Source: Negativicutes bacterium (GTDB lineage: Bacteria > Bacillota > Negativicutes > UBA1444). From it: a stretch of 64,000 nt of DNA. The stretch lies in NCBI GenBank assembly GCA_963665275.2, contig CAXXIN010000018.1, positions 288,001 through 352,000 of the forward strand, in the 5' to 3' direction. A program made the translations under genes and the position numbers. The notes under the pieces were generated by a model. That model saw only the letters and a list, made by a program, of their open reading frames with translations, ran no database searches and had not been told where the DNA came from. Position 1 is the stretch's first letter, and every line of letters begins with the position of its first letter. Shown piece after piece: positions 19,940 to 30,481 of the stretch.

Positions 19940-20859
19940 TGAATTTGGACCGACTGGAGACGGAGCAACGAAACCCAAACAGCCAAAATCTCGATCTTCT
20001 TTCAGCGTATGACATCGTGTCCGTTATCCAACGAGAAGATGAAAAAGTTGCTGTGGCAGTGCGTGGGGCTTTGCCGGCGATCGGGACGGCAGTTGATTGG
20101 ATTGCCAAAGCCCTTCGGGAAGGAGGACGTTTATTTTATATAGGAGCCGGAACCAGTGGCAGACTGGGAATTCTGGATGCTGCCGAGTGTCCGCCGACCT
20201 TCAGCACGCCGCCCGAACTTGTTCAAGGGCTGATAGCCGGTGGGACAGCCGCGATTTTTCAAGCTGTCGAAGGAGCGGAGGATAACCCTCTTTTGGCTGA
20301 AGCGGATCTGAAAGAGCGAGTCCTCGCTCCAGGAGATGTCGTCGTCGGATTGGCTGCCAGCGGTCGGACACCCTATGTGGTTGGCGGACTGAAGTATGCG
20401 AACGCACTGGGATGCCGGACAATTGCCGTGGTCTGCGCCTCTGATTCAGAACTCTCTGGTGTTGCCGGTCTCACAATTGCCGTGCCAGTTGGTCCGGAAG
20501 TGATCGCAGGTTCCACCCGGATGAAAGCGGGGACCGCGCAAAAAATGGTCCTCAATATGCTATCAACAGCGAGTATGGTCAAGATCGGAAAAACTTACGG
20601 CAATCTCATGATCGATGTAAAGGCCAGCAACGCAAAACTGGCGGCGAGGGTTCACCGCATGGTCCGTGACGCAACAGGCGCCGGAGAAAAGGAAGCGGAC
20701 GAAGCGCTCGAGAAGTCCGCCGGCTCAGCCAAAGTTGCAATCGTGATGTTGCTGGCAGGAATTACGGCAGAACAGGCGTTGTGCTGTATCGAAGCGGCGC
20801 GTGGATCCGTTCGTCATGCTTTGGAACTCGCTGTCCAAAAGCCTGAGAGCACTCGATGA
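19939..20859 (+). CDS. murQ: N-acetylmuramic acid 6-phosphate etherase
   Basis: TEQRNP, GAGTSGRLG, EGAED, GPEVIAGSTRMKAGTAQK, GNLMID; TGATG overlap with mupG. Confidence 0.96.
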   Translation: MNLDRLETEQRNPNSQNLDLLSAYDIVSVIQREDEKVAVAVRGALPAIGTAVDWIAKALREGGRLFYIGAGTSGRLGILDAAECPPTFSTPPELVQGLIAGGTAAIFQAVEGAEDNPLLAEADLKERVLAPGDVVVGLAASGRTPYVVGGLKYANALGCRTIAVVCASDSELSGVAGLTIAVPVGPEVIAGSTRMKAGTAQKMVLNMLSTASMVKIGKTYGNLMIDVKASNAKLAARVHRMVRDATGAGEKEADEALEKSAGSAKVAIVMLLAGITAEQALCCIEAARGSVRHALELAVQKPESTR

Positions 20860-22046
20860 AAGGCAGGGATATCGTGGATACGGTTGTGTTGAATGCGCGT
20901 ATCGTTTTGCCGGACCGCATCCTGACTGATTATTTGTTACTGATCCAAGATGGCTGCATTGTGGGTGTGCTTCCTGCGCCGGGGAACTGTTCGGGGGATT
21001 CCTATGATTCTGCGGAGACCACAATATGCGATTTTGCAGGCGATTTCGTCGTTCCGGGGCTGATTGATCTTCACGTGCATGGATGTGGCGGCGCAGATAC
21101 CATGGATGCGGAGTCGGCGGCTCTGGACCGGATGGCGGCGGCGCTGTTGCAGCAGGGAACGACTGCGTTTCTGGCGACTACCATGTCTGCTGCCAACGAC
21201 CGAATCCAGGCGGCGCTGTCGGTTGGAGCTCAATTTCGGCAAAGGGATTACAAGGCGGAGTTGCTGGGATTTCATATGGAAGGGCCCTGTATCTCGCCCT
21301 CCTTTCGGGGCGCGCAAAAACCTGCGGCAATTCCGGCGCCGCCATTTCCTGGTGCGGGCGGGGTGAAGATCGTGACGCTGGCGCCTGAGATACCAGAAGC
21401 CGACGCCTATATCGACTGGGCGAATTCTGTGGGTGCCCTGTTGGCTGCCGGTCATTCCGGTGCAAGCTATGAAGAAATGAAAATGGCTATAAGTCGAGGG
21501 GTACTTTTGGTAACCCACGCGTTCAACGCTATGCCGGGGATTCACCACCGTTTACCAGGATTATTGACTGCGGCTTTGCTTGACCCGTGCGTAACGATCG
21601 AATTGATCGCGGACGGTGTCCATATCCATCCTGCAGTTCTGGAACTTGCCCTACGGTTGAAAGGCCCTGACCAGGTTGTGCTGGTGTCGGACGGAACCCG
21701 GGCGGTGGGCATGCCGGACGGCGAATTTGAGCTGGGTGGGCAGAAGACCTATTTGAAAGCGGGACGGATGACTCTAACAGATGGAACGATTGCCGGCAGT
21801 GCCGCACCGCTGCTCGCGGGGGTCCGGCTGCTAACTGAAATTGTGGGCCGTCCACTATATGAAGCGGTGAGGATGGCTACACTGAATCCGGCCAGACTGC
21901 TCAAGGTGGACGGGCGGATGGGCAGCCTGGAAGCTGGGAAAGAGGCAACTTTCTTGCGATTGTCGCCAGAATTGGCATTGATTGAAACCTGGGTTCGCGG
22001 TAAAAAACAGATCAGATATGACAGAGGAGGAATCATCCATGATTAA
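20856..22046 (+). CDS. nagA: N-acetylglucosamine-6-phosphate deacetylase
   Basis: PGLIDLHVHG, HMEGP, THAFNAM, IADGVH, TIAGS, NPA. Confidence 0.95.
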   Translation: MKGRDIVDTVVLNARIVLPDRILTDYLLLIQDGCIVGVLPAPGNCSGDSYDSAETTICDFAGDFVVPGLIDLHVHGCGGADTMDAESAALDRMAAALLQQGTTAFLATTMSAANDRIQAALSVGAQFRQRDYKAELLGFHMEGPCISPSFRGAQKPAAIPAPPFPGAGGVKIVTLAPEIPEADAYIDWANSVGALLAAGHSGASYEEMKMAISRGVLLVTHAFNAMPGIHHRLPGLLTAALLDPCVTIELIADGVHIHPAVLELALRLKGPDQVVLVSDGTRAVGMPDGEFELGGQKTYLKAGRMTLTDGTIAGSAAPLLAGVRLLTEIVGRPLYEAVRMATLNPARLLKVDGRMGSLEAGKEATFLRLSPELALIETWVRGKKQIRYDRGGIIHD

Positions 22047-23325
22047 AAACGAACTTCTCACCGAAGCAGTCCAATGGCGACGGGAGTTTCACCGTTGTCC
22101 ACAGCCGGCTTGGCTGGAATTCTATTCGACGGCTCTTGTGGCGGAAAAATTGGCCACCTGGGGTTACACGCTGAAAATGGGGCGCGATATCATCGCTCAG
22201 GGCAAGCAATTGTTGTTGCCATCGCCGGAGACGCTGCAAATGGAGTATGATCGTGCGTTGAACGCGGGTGCGAAAGCAGAATTCCTGGAACCTGCCAAAG
22301 GTGGATATACTGGAGTTGTGGCGACACTCACCGGTCCTATGCCTGGTCCGACGGTCGCATTTCGGTTCGATATCGATTCGAATGAAGTGGTGGAGAGTAG
22401 CGAGCCTTCGCATCGTCCTGCGGCAGAAGGGTTTCGTTCGGAGAATCAGGGCTACGCCCATATGTGCGGTCATGATGTCCACACGGCGACCGGGTTGTTG
22501 TTGGCGAAACATTTTGCAGAGAATCGTGAGAACATTAAAGGGACCGTCAAATTCATCTTTCAGCCAAATGAGGAAAATCTCTCTGGCGCTTCGGCCATGC
22601 TCTCTGCAGGAGTCGTTGACGATGTGGATATCCTGTTGGGCGGTCATGTAGGATTGGCGCTTCGGCAGCTGGGGCAGATTTGCTTCAATGTTCACGGATT
22701 CATGGCGCTGTCGCGCTATGAAGTGACGTTTCGGGGTCGACCGACCCATGCGGCACTGCGGCCGGATGAGGGAAAAAACGCTATGTTGGGAGCCTGCGCC
22801 GCAATCACGAACCTTTACGCCATTGCCCGGCACGGATTAGGTGCTTCCCGGATCAATGTCGGTACATTGGAAGCCGGAACAACCTGGAATGTGATCCCGG
22901 ACCGGGCTCGCTTCCGATTGGAGACCCGGGGTGTAAGCAATGAAATCAATCAATACATGACCGAAAAGGCGATGGAAGTGATCCATGGCGCGGCTGCCAT
23001 GTATGGGCTTGAAGTTGACGTGACTCCAGCGGCTGTCGCCTTCAATGCGTCTAATTCCCCAGAGTTGGTGGCGAAGGCGACGGAGCTGGCCACAGAGATG
23101 CCCTCCGTTAAGGAAATCGTTCCGGATGCTGATTTCGGTGCATCGGAAGATGTGACGCTTTTGATGGAGCGAGTTCAATCAAGGGGTGGAAAGGCGATGT
23201 TTACGCTGTTTGGCACACCGACGGCCGGAGGACATCACAATGCGGCCTTTGATGTAGACGAAACGGTTATTCTCAATGCTGCTGAGTTTTTGGCGAAAAT
23301 GCATGAAGCCGTGACTGCGGGATGA
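22039..23325 (+). CDS. M20D amidohydrolase (AbgA-like)
   Basis: WRREFHRCP, RFDID, HMCGHD.H, FQPNEE, GASED, GHH; strong RBS GAGGAGG. Confidence 0.88.
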   Translation: MIKNELLTEAVQWRREFHRCPQPAWLEFYSTALVAEKLATWGYTLKMGRDIIAQGKQLLLPSPETLQMEYDRALNAGAKAEFLEPAKGGYTGVVATLTGPMPGPTVAFRFDIDSNEVVESSEPSHRPAAEGFRSENQGYAHMCGHDVHTATGLLLAKHFAENRENIKGTVKFIFQPNEENLSGASAMLSAGVVDDVDILLGGHVGLALRQLGQICFNVHGFMALSRYEVTFRGRPTHAALRPDEGKNAMLGACAAITNLYAIARHGLGASRINVGTLEAGTTWNVIPDRARFRLETRGVSNEINQYMTEKAMEVIHGAAAMYGLEVDVTPAAVAFNASNSPELVAKATELATEMPSVKEIVPDADFGASEDVTLLMERVQSRGGKAMFTLFGTPTAGGHHNAAFDVDETVILNAAEFLAKMHEAVTAG

Positions 23326-24602
23326 GACTCCTCGCACGGTGGGTTTCGATTCTCATCGGCGCTTTCATATTATGGGCAGCAGTATCTGACAATCCTGCTG
23401 TATGGACAGTGCGCAACACGCTGGAATATCACGTAACGCGGTCGTGGTGGAGCTTGACCGGCGAACCTGTCGCCAGTAAATCAGGGGATGTCGCGGGGCG
23501 TGTAACAAACCGCTTGGGGAAAGCTATTCCCAAGGCTGTCGTGCTGCTATCCGAGTGGGATGGACGGGTTCACACCGCGCAAACCGATGCCGACGGAACT
23601 TACCGAATTTCTGGGATGCCAATCGGCTTCTATAGGGTTGCGGCGGCAGCGACAGGGTATGATTCCGTGCAGTCGGGCGGACTGCTGCGCGGGGTGACGG
23701 TCCGGCCCGGCCTCCAGGCGGAAGCTTCATTTTGTATGAATCCATCGCAAAAAAAACGATTGTCTCCATTGGCAGTCCCACAGAATGTTGATCCACAGAC
23801 ACTAGTATGCACGAGTCCGATTCCTGGCCAGGCACTGCGTGAAACTTTGAAGTTCAGCGACACCGCTCTGTCCAATCTGATTTTTCTTTACAGGCCGACG
23901 CAGATGATGGATAGACCGTTGCCTGTTCTGCTGGCAGTATACCCCGGACCCGTTGACACCTGGGAATGCGTCAGCATTGGGCTGGCACAGGCCGGCTATG
24001 CAGTGGTGGCCATAGGACCCGCCTATGGCATGGAACTTACTCCGGACGTTGACGTGCTGGAACGATTGGTGATGATGATCAGGCAGGGTGGTTTGGCCGG
24101 AACTGATCCGTCCCGTGTTGCCGCTCTTGGCGGGAGCTACAGTGCGCTTTTGCTTGAGTTGTTGGCCCTGCGTGACACTGGATTGGATGCAATGGTGTTG
24201 CTCGGCCCTCCTACCGATATGTTCGATTTTCGGCGGCGTTTTGAGCGTGAGGGCTTTGTTCCCCCGTTTGGACTGGACCGGGCGCTGGTTGCACTAGGTC
24301 TGCCCAGCCGGGATCCTTTGCGTTACATGAACCATTCGATGGTCTATCAGACTCGCCCGGGACTGCCGGCGACCCTTGTTTTCCACAGTTATCAGGATGA
24401 AATCGTGCCTTACCAGCAGAGTGGGTTGCTTGTCGAAAGTCTGCGTCGACAGGGAGTCGAAGCCGAACTGCGATTGTTCGAAGGCGCCAGCCATTATCTG
24501 CTGGAAGATGGAGAGGCTGCAGTATCGATCTATCATCAGACGCTAGAGTTTCTCCGGCGGCACGGAATGGCGCCGTTTCTAAGGAAAGGAGAACTAGAAT
24601 GA
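23322..24602 (+). CDS. Membrane-anchored protein: carboxypeptidase-regulatory-like domain plus alpha/beta hydrolase (S9-like)
   Basis: N-terminal TM; VAGRV...TDADGTYRI..P.G.Y beta-sandwich; nucleophile elbow GGSYSA, Asp in DEIVP, His in GASH. Confidence 0.75.
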   Translation: MRLLARWVSILIGAFILWAAVSDNPAVWTVRNTLEYHVTRSWWSLTGEPVASKSGDVAGRVTNRLGKAIPKAVVLLSEWDGRVHTAQTDADGTYRISGMPIGFYRVAAAATGYDSVQSGGLLRGVTVRPGLQAEASFCMNPSQKKRLSPLAVPQNVDPQTLVCTSPIPGQALRETLKFSDTALSNLIFLYRPTQMMDRPLPVLLAVYPGPVDTWECVSIGLAQAGYAVVAIGPAYGMELTPDVDVLERLVMMIRQGGLAGTDPSRVAALGGSYSALLLELLALRDTGLDAMVLLGPPTDMFDFRRRFEREGFVPPFGLDRALVALGLPSRDPLRYMNHSMVYQTRPGLPATLVFHSYQDEIVPYQQSGLLVESLRRQGVEAELRLFEGASHYLLEDGEAAVSIYHQTLEFLRRHGMAPFLRKGELE

Positions 24603-25366
24603 AGTTGGCCTTTAGCGGAAAAACAGTGCTCATAACCGGTGGAACTTCAGGGATAGGTCTGGCTGCTGCCCGCCTGTTTCTCGCCTCCGGCGCCCGGGTG
24701 GCGATCTTGGGACGGGATTTGAACAAAGGAACTGTTGCCGTAATGGAGCTATCCTCAGCTTCCGGCCAGACTCCCGATTTTTTTTGCGGCGACGTGACGC
24801 AAGTTGGTGATTGTGAACGCATCCTACGTGAGGTTGCTGAACGTTTTGGGCGGTTGGATGTATTGGTGAATTCTGCTGGTGAATATCTCGAAAAGTCTAT
24901 CGATGACATGTCAGAAGCAGAATTTGACCAGATCATGGCTGTTAATCTGAAGGGAACTTATTTTATGGCGAAAGCAGCAGTTCCTGCATTGAAAGTCAGT
25001 CGGGGCGCAGTCGTCAATGTATCGTCGGATGCGGGACTCAACGGGAACGTGAACTGTACGGCTTACTGCGCAGCCAAGGGCGGTGTCACTTTGTTCACGA
25101 AAGCCCTGGCCCTCGAATTGGCTCCACACGGAGTGCGGGTAAACTGTGTCTGTCCGGGGGATATTGCTACGCCACTGCTGGATCGCCAAGTGTCCGCCGC
25201 AGCCAACCCAGAGGAGTACCGCCGGGAGATGGAATCCGTTTATCCGCTGGGCCGGATTGGCACGCCGGAGGAAGTCGCTGGCGTCATCCTATTTCTGGCA
25301 TCTGACGCCGCTTCGTTTGTGACCGGGGCCGCCTGGGCGGTGGATGGCGGGCTGACTTCTGCATGA
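24599..25366 (+). CDS. SDR family oxidoreductase
   Basis: TGGTSGIG, NSAG, YCAAK, VNCVCPG. Confidence 0.93.
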   Translation: MKLAFSGKTVLITGGTSGIGLAAARLFLASGARVAILGRDLNKGTVAVMELSSASGQTPDFFCGDVTQVGDCERILREVAERFGRLDVLVNSAGEYLEKSIDDMSEAEFDQIMAVNLKGTYFMAKAAVPALKVSRGAVVNVSSDAGLNGNVNCTAYCAAKGGVTLFTKALALELAPHGVRVNCVCPGDIATPLLDRQVSAAANPEEYRREMESVYPLGRIGTPEEVAGVILFLASDAASFVTGAAWAVDGGLTSA

Positions 25367-25412
25367 GATTTCTGCTTCGGCTGCATTGCAATCGTTCTTG
25401 CCTGCCCTGCGG

Positions 25413-25441
25413 TTGACATTGGCAGCGACAGGGCATATAAT
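25413..25441 (+). promoter_or_regulatory. Consensus sigma-A promoter of thrS
   Basis: TTGACA (25413-25418), 17 nt, TATAAT (25436-25441). Confidence 0.9.
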
Positions 25442-25467
25442 TTTTGTAATGCTAATATTGGATATCA

Positions 25468-25708
25468 GTGATGCGGAGGACACGACAGTCACAGGAACCG
25501 TATTCAGAGAGCAAGCGCCGCGGCTGAGAGCGCTTCAGACGGACCTTGACCAGTTACCCCCTCCAAACTGCCGGACTGAAAGATGAGCTGGTAAGTCCTG
25601 CCGGGAGCCCGCCGTTACAGGGGTAATGAGATGGACGCTTCACGCGTCAATTTGGGTGGAATCGCGAGCGAACTCTCGTCCCTTTGTGGGATGGGAGTTT
25701 TTTATTTT
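25468..25708 (+). ncRNA. T-box riboswitch (Thr)
   Basis: Stem I AGAGA and GCTGAGA boxes; ACC specifier at 25556-25558; T-box AATTTGGGTGGAATCGCG at 25649-25666; terminator ending GGGAGTTTTTT; lies upstream of thrS. Confidence 0.9.
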
Positions 25709-25738
25709 CAATTATGGAACATTTGGAGGGTGATAAGG

Positions 25739-27655
25739 ATGGATAGTATCAAGATTACGCTGAAAGACGGCTCGGTGAAAGAAGTGAACAAGGGGATCAC
25801 GTTGGCCGAGATTGCCGCATCCCTTAGCCGGTCGCTGGCGAAGTCAGCCCTGGCCGCCAAAGTGGACGGGAAAGTCGTCGACTTGGGGCGAGCGCTCAAT
25901 AATGATGCCCGGATCGAATTTTTGGGTTCTGACACACAGGAAGGACTGGATGCTCTTCGCCACAGCGCTTCGCATATCATGGCGCAAGCCGTGCAGCATT
26001 TGTTCGGCGACAAGGTGCAGTTTGGCATCGGACCGTGGATTGCCAATGGCTTTTATTATGATATTGACACCGAACACACATTTGTGCCTGAAGACTTGGT
26101 AAAGATCGAAGATGAGATGGAGAAAATCATCAAACAGGATCTGCCCATTGTGCGTCAGGAAATGAGCCGCGAAGATGCAATTCGCTTTTTCGAAGAAAAA
26201 GGACAACTCTATAAAGTCGAATTGATTCGCGACTTGCCGGTGGATGCAGTGATTTCTCTTTATACCCAGGGCGATTTCACCGATTTGTGCGCTGGGCCGC
26301 ATCTGATGTCAACCGGCCGCATTAAAGCGTTGAAGCTGCAAAGCCTGGCTGGTGCATACTGGCGTGGCAACGAAAAGAACAAAATGCTGCAACGGATTTA
26401 TGGCACCGCCTTTGAAAAGAAGGCAGATCTCGATGCGTACCTGACCATGCTGGAAGAAGCTGCCCGTCGGGATCACCGCAAACTTGGCAAAGAACTTGAT
26501 TTGTTCAGCATGCAGGAAGAGGGCCCGGGTTTCCCGTTCTTCCATGCCAAAGGGATGGTTATCAGGAATGAACTCGAGAACTTCTGGCGCAAACTTCACA
26601 CGAAGTTCGGTTATGAAGAGATTAAAACCCCGATTATCCTCAATGAAGAATTGTGGCACAAATCGGGTCATTGGGATCATTATAAAGAAAACATGTATTT
26701 TACCAAAATTGATGATGCGGATTATGCCGTCAAACCGATGAACTGTCCGGGAGGGATGTTGGTCTATAAGACCCGGCATCATAGTTACCGCGAGTTCCCG
26801 ATTCGTGCTGCGGAGTTGGGATTAGTTCATCGTCATGAATTGTCGGGTGCTCTGCATGGGCTGATGCGTGTTCGCAGCTTTACCCAAGATGATGCCCACA
26901 TTTTCATGCTGCCGTCTCAAATTAAGGATGAGATCATGGGCGTAATGGATCTGTTCAATATTGTATATTCGACCTTTGGACTGTCCTATCATGCGGAACT
27001 TTCCACCAAACCGGAAAACGCCATGGGATCCGACGAGGTATGGGAAGTCGCGACATCAGCACTGCAGCAGGCGCTGGATGAACGCGGCATGCCTTATAAG
27101 ATCAATCCCGGCGATGGCGCCTTCTATGGCCCCAAAATTGATTTCCACCTGAAGGATTCCATCGGACGCACCTGGCAGTGCGGCACGATTCAATTGGACA
27201 TGCTGATGCCGGAGCGTTTCGATTTGACCTATATCGGTGAAGATGGCCAGAAACATCGTCCGGTCATGATCCATCGCGTGGCCTTTGGCAGTATGGAGCG
27301 TTTCATCGGCATACTTATCGAACATTACGCAGGTGCTTTCCCCGCCTGGATCGCTCCGGTGCAGGTCAAAATATTGCCGATAACCGATCGGAACATTGCC
27401 TATGCACAAAAACTGGCCGGGCTATTGCGTGAACTGGATGTCCGAGTCGAAATCGATGATCGAAGCGAGAAGATTGGCTATAAAATTCGCGAGGCGCAGA
27501 TGGAAAAAGTTCCTTTCATGCTGCTTTTGGGTGACAAGGAAGAAGAGGCTAATGCCGTGGCGGTTCGGGTCCGTGGCAAGGGAGACGTGGGAACGATGCA
27601 GTTCGCCGCGTTCGAGGACATGGTACTGGAAGCCATCAAGACAAAAGCTCAATAG
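25739..27655 (+). CDS. thrS: Threonine--tRNA ligase
   Basis: TGS domain, RHSASH, DLCAGPH, KPMNCP, RHELSGALHGL, QCGTIQLD, anticodon-binding C-terminus; RBS GGAGG. Confidence 0.98.
   Translation: MDSIKITLKDGSVKEVNKGITLAEIAASLSRSLAKSALAAKVDGKVVDLGRALNNDARIEFLGSDTQEGLDALRHSASHIMAQAVQHLFGDKVQFGIGPWIANGFYYDIDTEHTFVPEDLVKIEDEMEKIIKQDLPIVRQEMSREDAIRFFEEKGQLYKVELIRDLPVDAVISLYTQGDFTDLCAGPHLMSTGRIKALKLQSLAGAYWRGNEKNKMLQRIYGTAFEKKADLDAYLTMLEEAARRDHRKLGKELDLFSMQEEGPGFPFFHAKGMVIRNELENFWRKLHTKFGYEEIKTPIILNEELWHKSGHWDHYKENMYFTKIDDADYAVKPMNCPGGMLVYKTRHHSYREFPIRAAELGLVHRHELSGALHGLMRVRSFTQDDAHIFMLPSQIKDEIMGVMDLFNIVYSTFGLSYHAELSTKPENAMGSDEVWEVATSALQQALDERGMPYKINPGDGAFYGPKIDFHLKDSIGRTWQCGTIQLDMLMPERFDLTYIGEDGQKHRPVMIHRVAFGSMERFIGILIEHYAGAFPAWIAPVQVKILPITDRNIAYAQKLAGLLRELDVRVEIDDRSEKIGYKIREAQMEKVPFMLLLGDKEEEANAVAVRVRGKGDVGTMQFAAFEDMVLEAIKTKAQ
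27425..27655 (+). repeat. Left copy of the thrS 3'-end direct repeat
   Basis: Aligns without gaps to 35105-35335 (offset 7680); 45-nt identical core at 27569-27613. Confidence 0.95.
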
Positions 27656-27699
27656 CAACGCGTCATTCTCCATCAATATACCTGTGCTCTTGTATAGAA

Positions 27700-27748
27700 G
27701 AGGGGCTGTTCCGAAACTTGTGTTTCGATACAGCCCCTCCTTTTCTAT
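27700..27748. terminator. Terminator after thrS (convergent with the PucR gene)
   Basis: GAGGGGCTGT..CGAAAC TTGT GTTTCG..ACAGCCCCTC followed by CTTTT. Confidence 0.8.
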
Positions 27749-27799
27749 TTAACCCGATATAATCTATATTTACACAGGGTGCTCGAAAATTTGTGTCTA

Positions 27800-29074
27800 T
27801 CAGTGGTTGCCAGAGTTGTTTAAGAGTGTTTCATTTCGTTCAGTCTTAATTTGATAAAGCCGCAAAGCCACCAACAAATCCGATCGCTTCAAAGGGTTGT
27901 TCAAATCAGTCTGCAGGAGCTCTTCAAGGCGAGTGCGCCTGTAATAGATGGTTTTGTGATGAACATGCAAACGCTTGGCAATTGTGGATTGTGAATCGGA
28001 GGAAAGAATTTCACTCAGAGTTTGCAACAAAACGATAGATTGAAACGGTTCCAACTGCACCAGCGGGCCCAACTGTTGCTTGATAAACTGTTCGGCAAGT
28101 GGACTGTTTATTTCCAGTAGCAGCCGGACCATTCCGAGCTTATTCCAGTATTGTGCAAATTCGTTCGGACTGATAAGCGAGCCGAAAGAAGCGCTTTCTC
28201 GGGCTTGTCGAAATGGTTCCGATATGTTAGGCGGATTAAACCAGATATCGGAAATTCCCAGGGTCATTTGCTCGGCGAAGTTATGCTTCTGCAATTCCTG
28301 AAGTATGCTTTCAATCAAGACCGTAACCTGTGAATCGATTGCTGATTCGACAGAGAAGGACGCTAATATTGCGATTCCTTCCTGACAGTCCCACACTGCG
28401 GTGCTGCTTTCAGGAACGATAGAGTTCATGGCAGGGATTGCCCATTGCTTCCACTCAGTATGGAGCGGGGGAACTTTTTTTTGAAATGAGAAGACAAATC
28501 GAGGTTGCAACAATAGAAATACGATCGGTGCTGCCAGCCTGATATTCAGTTCCGCGGCATAGTTTGCAATTTCAGTAAATGAATGGTTGCTTTCCATGGC
28601 ATTATTAAAAAAAACCGACATGGAGAGGTGTGATTGAATATTGTTTAAGGCTGCTTCCATCTTGCGGCGTTCAGATATATTAAACCCGACGCTTATGGTA
28701 AATATTGTATTTGTGGCCGGAATACTCAAGATTCTTGTCCGCGATTCGAGCCACAGAGAATCACCGTTTTTGCACCGAATTTCCACATCCCTGACAGGAG
28801 GGTTCAACAGGTTATGCTTTACTTCCTCAATCCGATTCCATTGATAAATCCCGTCATTATTGGTTTCCAATAAATAGTTGAAAAGATGTGTCCCGAGCAG
28901 CTCTTCCTGGCTGTAGCCCAGAGCAGTACAAAAGTTTTCACTGACGTACTGTACTATTCCGGAGCCATCTAAACTACTGATATATACATTATTGTTTTGA
29001 GCCAACATTTCATTATTGAAATTAACTATGGGCAATAAATATTTCTTTTCCAGAGTTTTCGAATTGTCGGCCAT
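27800..29074 (-). CDS. PAS-domain PucR/CdaR family transcriptional regulator
   Basis: PAS (FCTALGYSQEELLG...KNGDSLWLE); C-terminal IAKRLHVHHKTIYYRRTRLEELL HTH of PucR type. Confidence 0.85.
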   Translation of the reverse strand: MADNSKTLEKKYLLPIVNFNNEMLAQNNNVYISSLDGSGIVQYVSENFCTALGYSQEELLGTHLFNYLLETNNDGIYQWNRIEEVKHNLLNPPVRDVEIRCKNGDSLWLESRTRILSIPATNTIFTISVGFNISERRKMEAALNNIQSHLSMSVFFNNAMESNHSFTEIANYAAELNIRLAAPIVFLLLQPRFVFSFQKKVPPLHTEWKQWAIPAMNSIVPESSTAVWDCQEGIAILASFSVESAIDSQVTVLIESILQELQKHNFAEQMTLGISDIWFNPPNISEPFRQARESASFGSLISPNEFAQYWNKLGMVRLLLEINSPLAEQFIKQQLGPLVQLEPFQSIVLLQTLSEILSSDSQSTIAKRLHVHHKTIYYRRTRLEELLQTDLNNPLKRSDLLVALRLYQIKTERNETLLNNSGNH

Positions 29075-29429
29075 TGTTAATCCACTCCTCGTCCGCGATT
29101 GCTTTTTTATTATATGACATTTGCGGCAAATTGTAAAAACGTTCCATCACTTATCTGAAGAGATAAAAAAGCATGAATATCGATAGAATAATTAGTCGAA
29201 AGAGCAAAGGTAAATGCAGTTAAGATGTTGAAAATCTAATATAGCACTCTTTGATGTCCAATTTCGGTTGGTTGTGGAGAACCGCTCTATGAAGTGACCG
29301 CAAGGAACTTAAACTTAACAAAGGGGGGAACATCGGAACGATCCTCGGAAGGAGAGCTGGCTAACATCTTGCGAATTTGACAGCAGTTTAAATGGACCCA
29401 AATTGTAATAATAACAGGAGGAATTCAAC

Positions 29430-30365
29430 ATGCGATTGAAAGTAATTGGATTATGGGTGATGGTATTGGGGCTGTTAGTGGGACATCATACCGTCCAGGC
29501 CACCGAATTGGGCGCAAGCTACTACTTTCCTGGCATATCAGCCACATTCGCACCAGGAATAGCCCCGCATCCTGGAGTAGTGGGTGTTGAGCAGATGCTG
29601 TTTCAGAGCGGGAAAGCTGACGCGGTTGTGCAGGGTGGAAGAATTCAGTCAAATGTTAAGGCGGATGTCTTTTTTAACGTTGTCGGTGTTACAAATACCG
29701 TTGCGAAATCTTCGCTGGGCGGCAATACGTTCCAGTGGGGCGTTTTTGTTCCTGTCGGAAGTGTCGCTATTAACTCGACCATCAGTACAAATTTCGGTTC
29801 GCACAGTCTGTCGGATTCCACAACTTCCCTTGGCGATAGCACCCTTTTGGGTTCGTTGTATTGGAAAAAAGGCGATATTCATTACAAAGTTACGGAATCG
29901 GTCTTTGTTCCGACTGGCGGCTATACCATGCACAACTTGTCAAACGTTGGCCGGAATTACTGGGGCTTTGATACCACTTTTACCATGACCTATTTGGACA
30001 TGAAGAGTGGGGTGGAAGTCTCCCTTGCGCCAGGGATCATGTTCAACACAAAGAATGAGGCGACTGATTACCAATCAGGTACGGAGTTTCATGTTGAATT
30101 TGCCATAAATAAACACTACTTTAAAGAGCACTATGCAATAGGACTGCAGGGCTATTATTATCGCCAAATATCGGCTGATAGCGGCAGCGGTGCTAGGCTG
30201 GGCAGCTTCAACGGCCAGGCTTTCGGCATTGGTCCAGCTATTTTGTGGACGCCTCCTGCAGGTAAGGGCCGGGTATCTGTTGTTGCCAAGTGGCTCTTTG
30301 ACTTGAATCACGAGAACCGCTTACACGGAAATTATGGACAGTTTATAGTAGCGTATAAATTCTAA
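29430..30365 (+). CDS. SphA / Phenol_MetA_deg family outer-membrane channel
   Basis: Signal peptide; GD, PTG.Y....NVGRNYW, N.ATDYQSG, GYYYRQ...D.G, GIGP; C-terminal YKF beta-barrel signal. Confidence 0.8.
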   Translation: MRLKVIGLWVMVLGLLVGHHTVQATELGASYYFPGISATFAPGIAPHPGVVGVEQMLFQSGKADAVVQGGRIQSNVKADVFFNVVGVTNTVAKSSLGGNTFQWGVFVPVGSVAINSTISTNFGSHSLSDSTTSLGDSTLLGSLYWKKGDIHYKVTESVFVPTGGYTMHNLSNVGRNYWGFDTTFTMTYLDMKSGVEVSLAPGIMFNTKNEATDYQSGTEFHVEFAINKHYFKEHYAIGLQGYYYRQISADSGSGARLGSFNGQAFGIGPAILWTPPAGKGRVSVVAKWLFDLNHENRLHGNYGQFIVAYKF

Positions 30366-30481
30366 TAGACCGATAATTGTGCGGCAAGAAAGATCTTTTC
30401 CAAGAGGGGCGAACTCCAAGGCCAGCTATATTGAGAGGGACAAACGCTCTCTTGCGAAATACGAGATGGGAGTGATAAACA

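Noticed and set aside
25386-25738. 66-aa ORF and the extended thrS start at 25631
   Set aside because: Both overlap the promoter and T-box RNA; the RBS supports ATG 25739.
30375-30460. Possible structured RNA between the channel and sulfatase genes (GCAAGA...TCTTGC)
   Set aside because: Only a short closing stem; internal pairing is weak.
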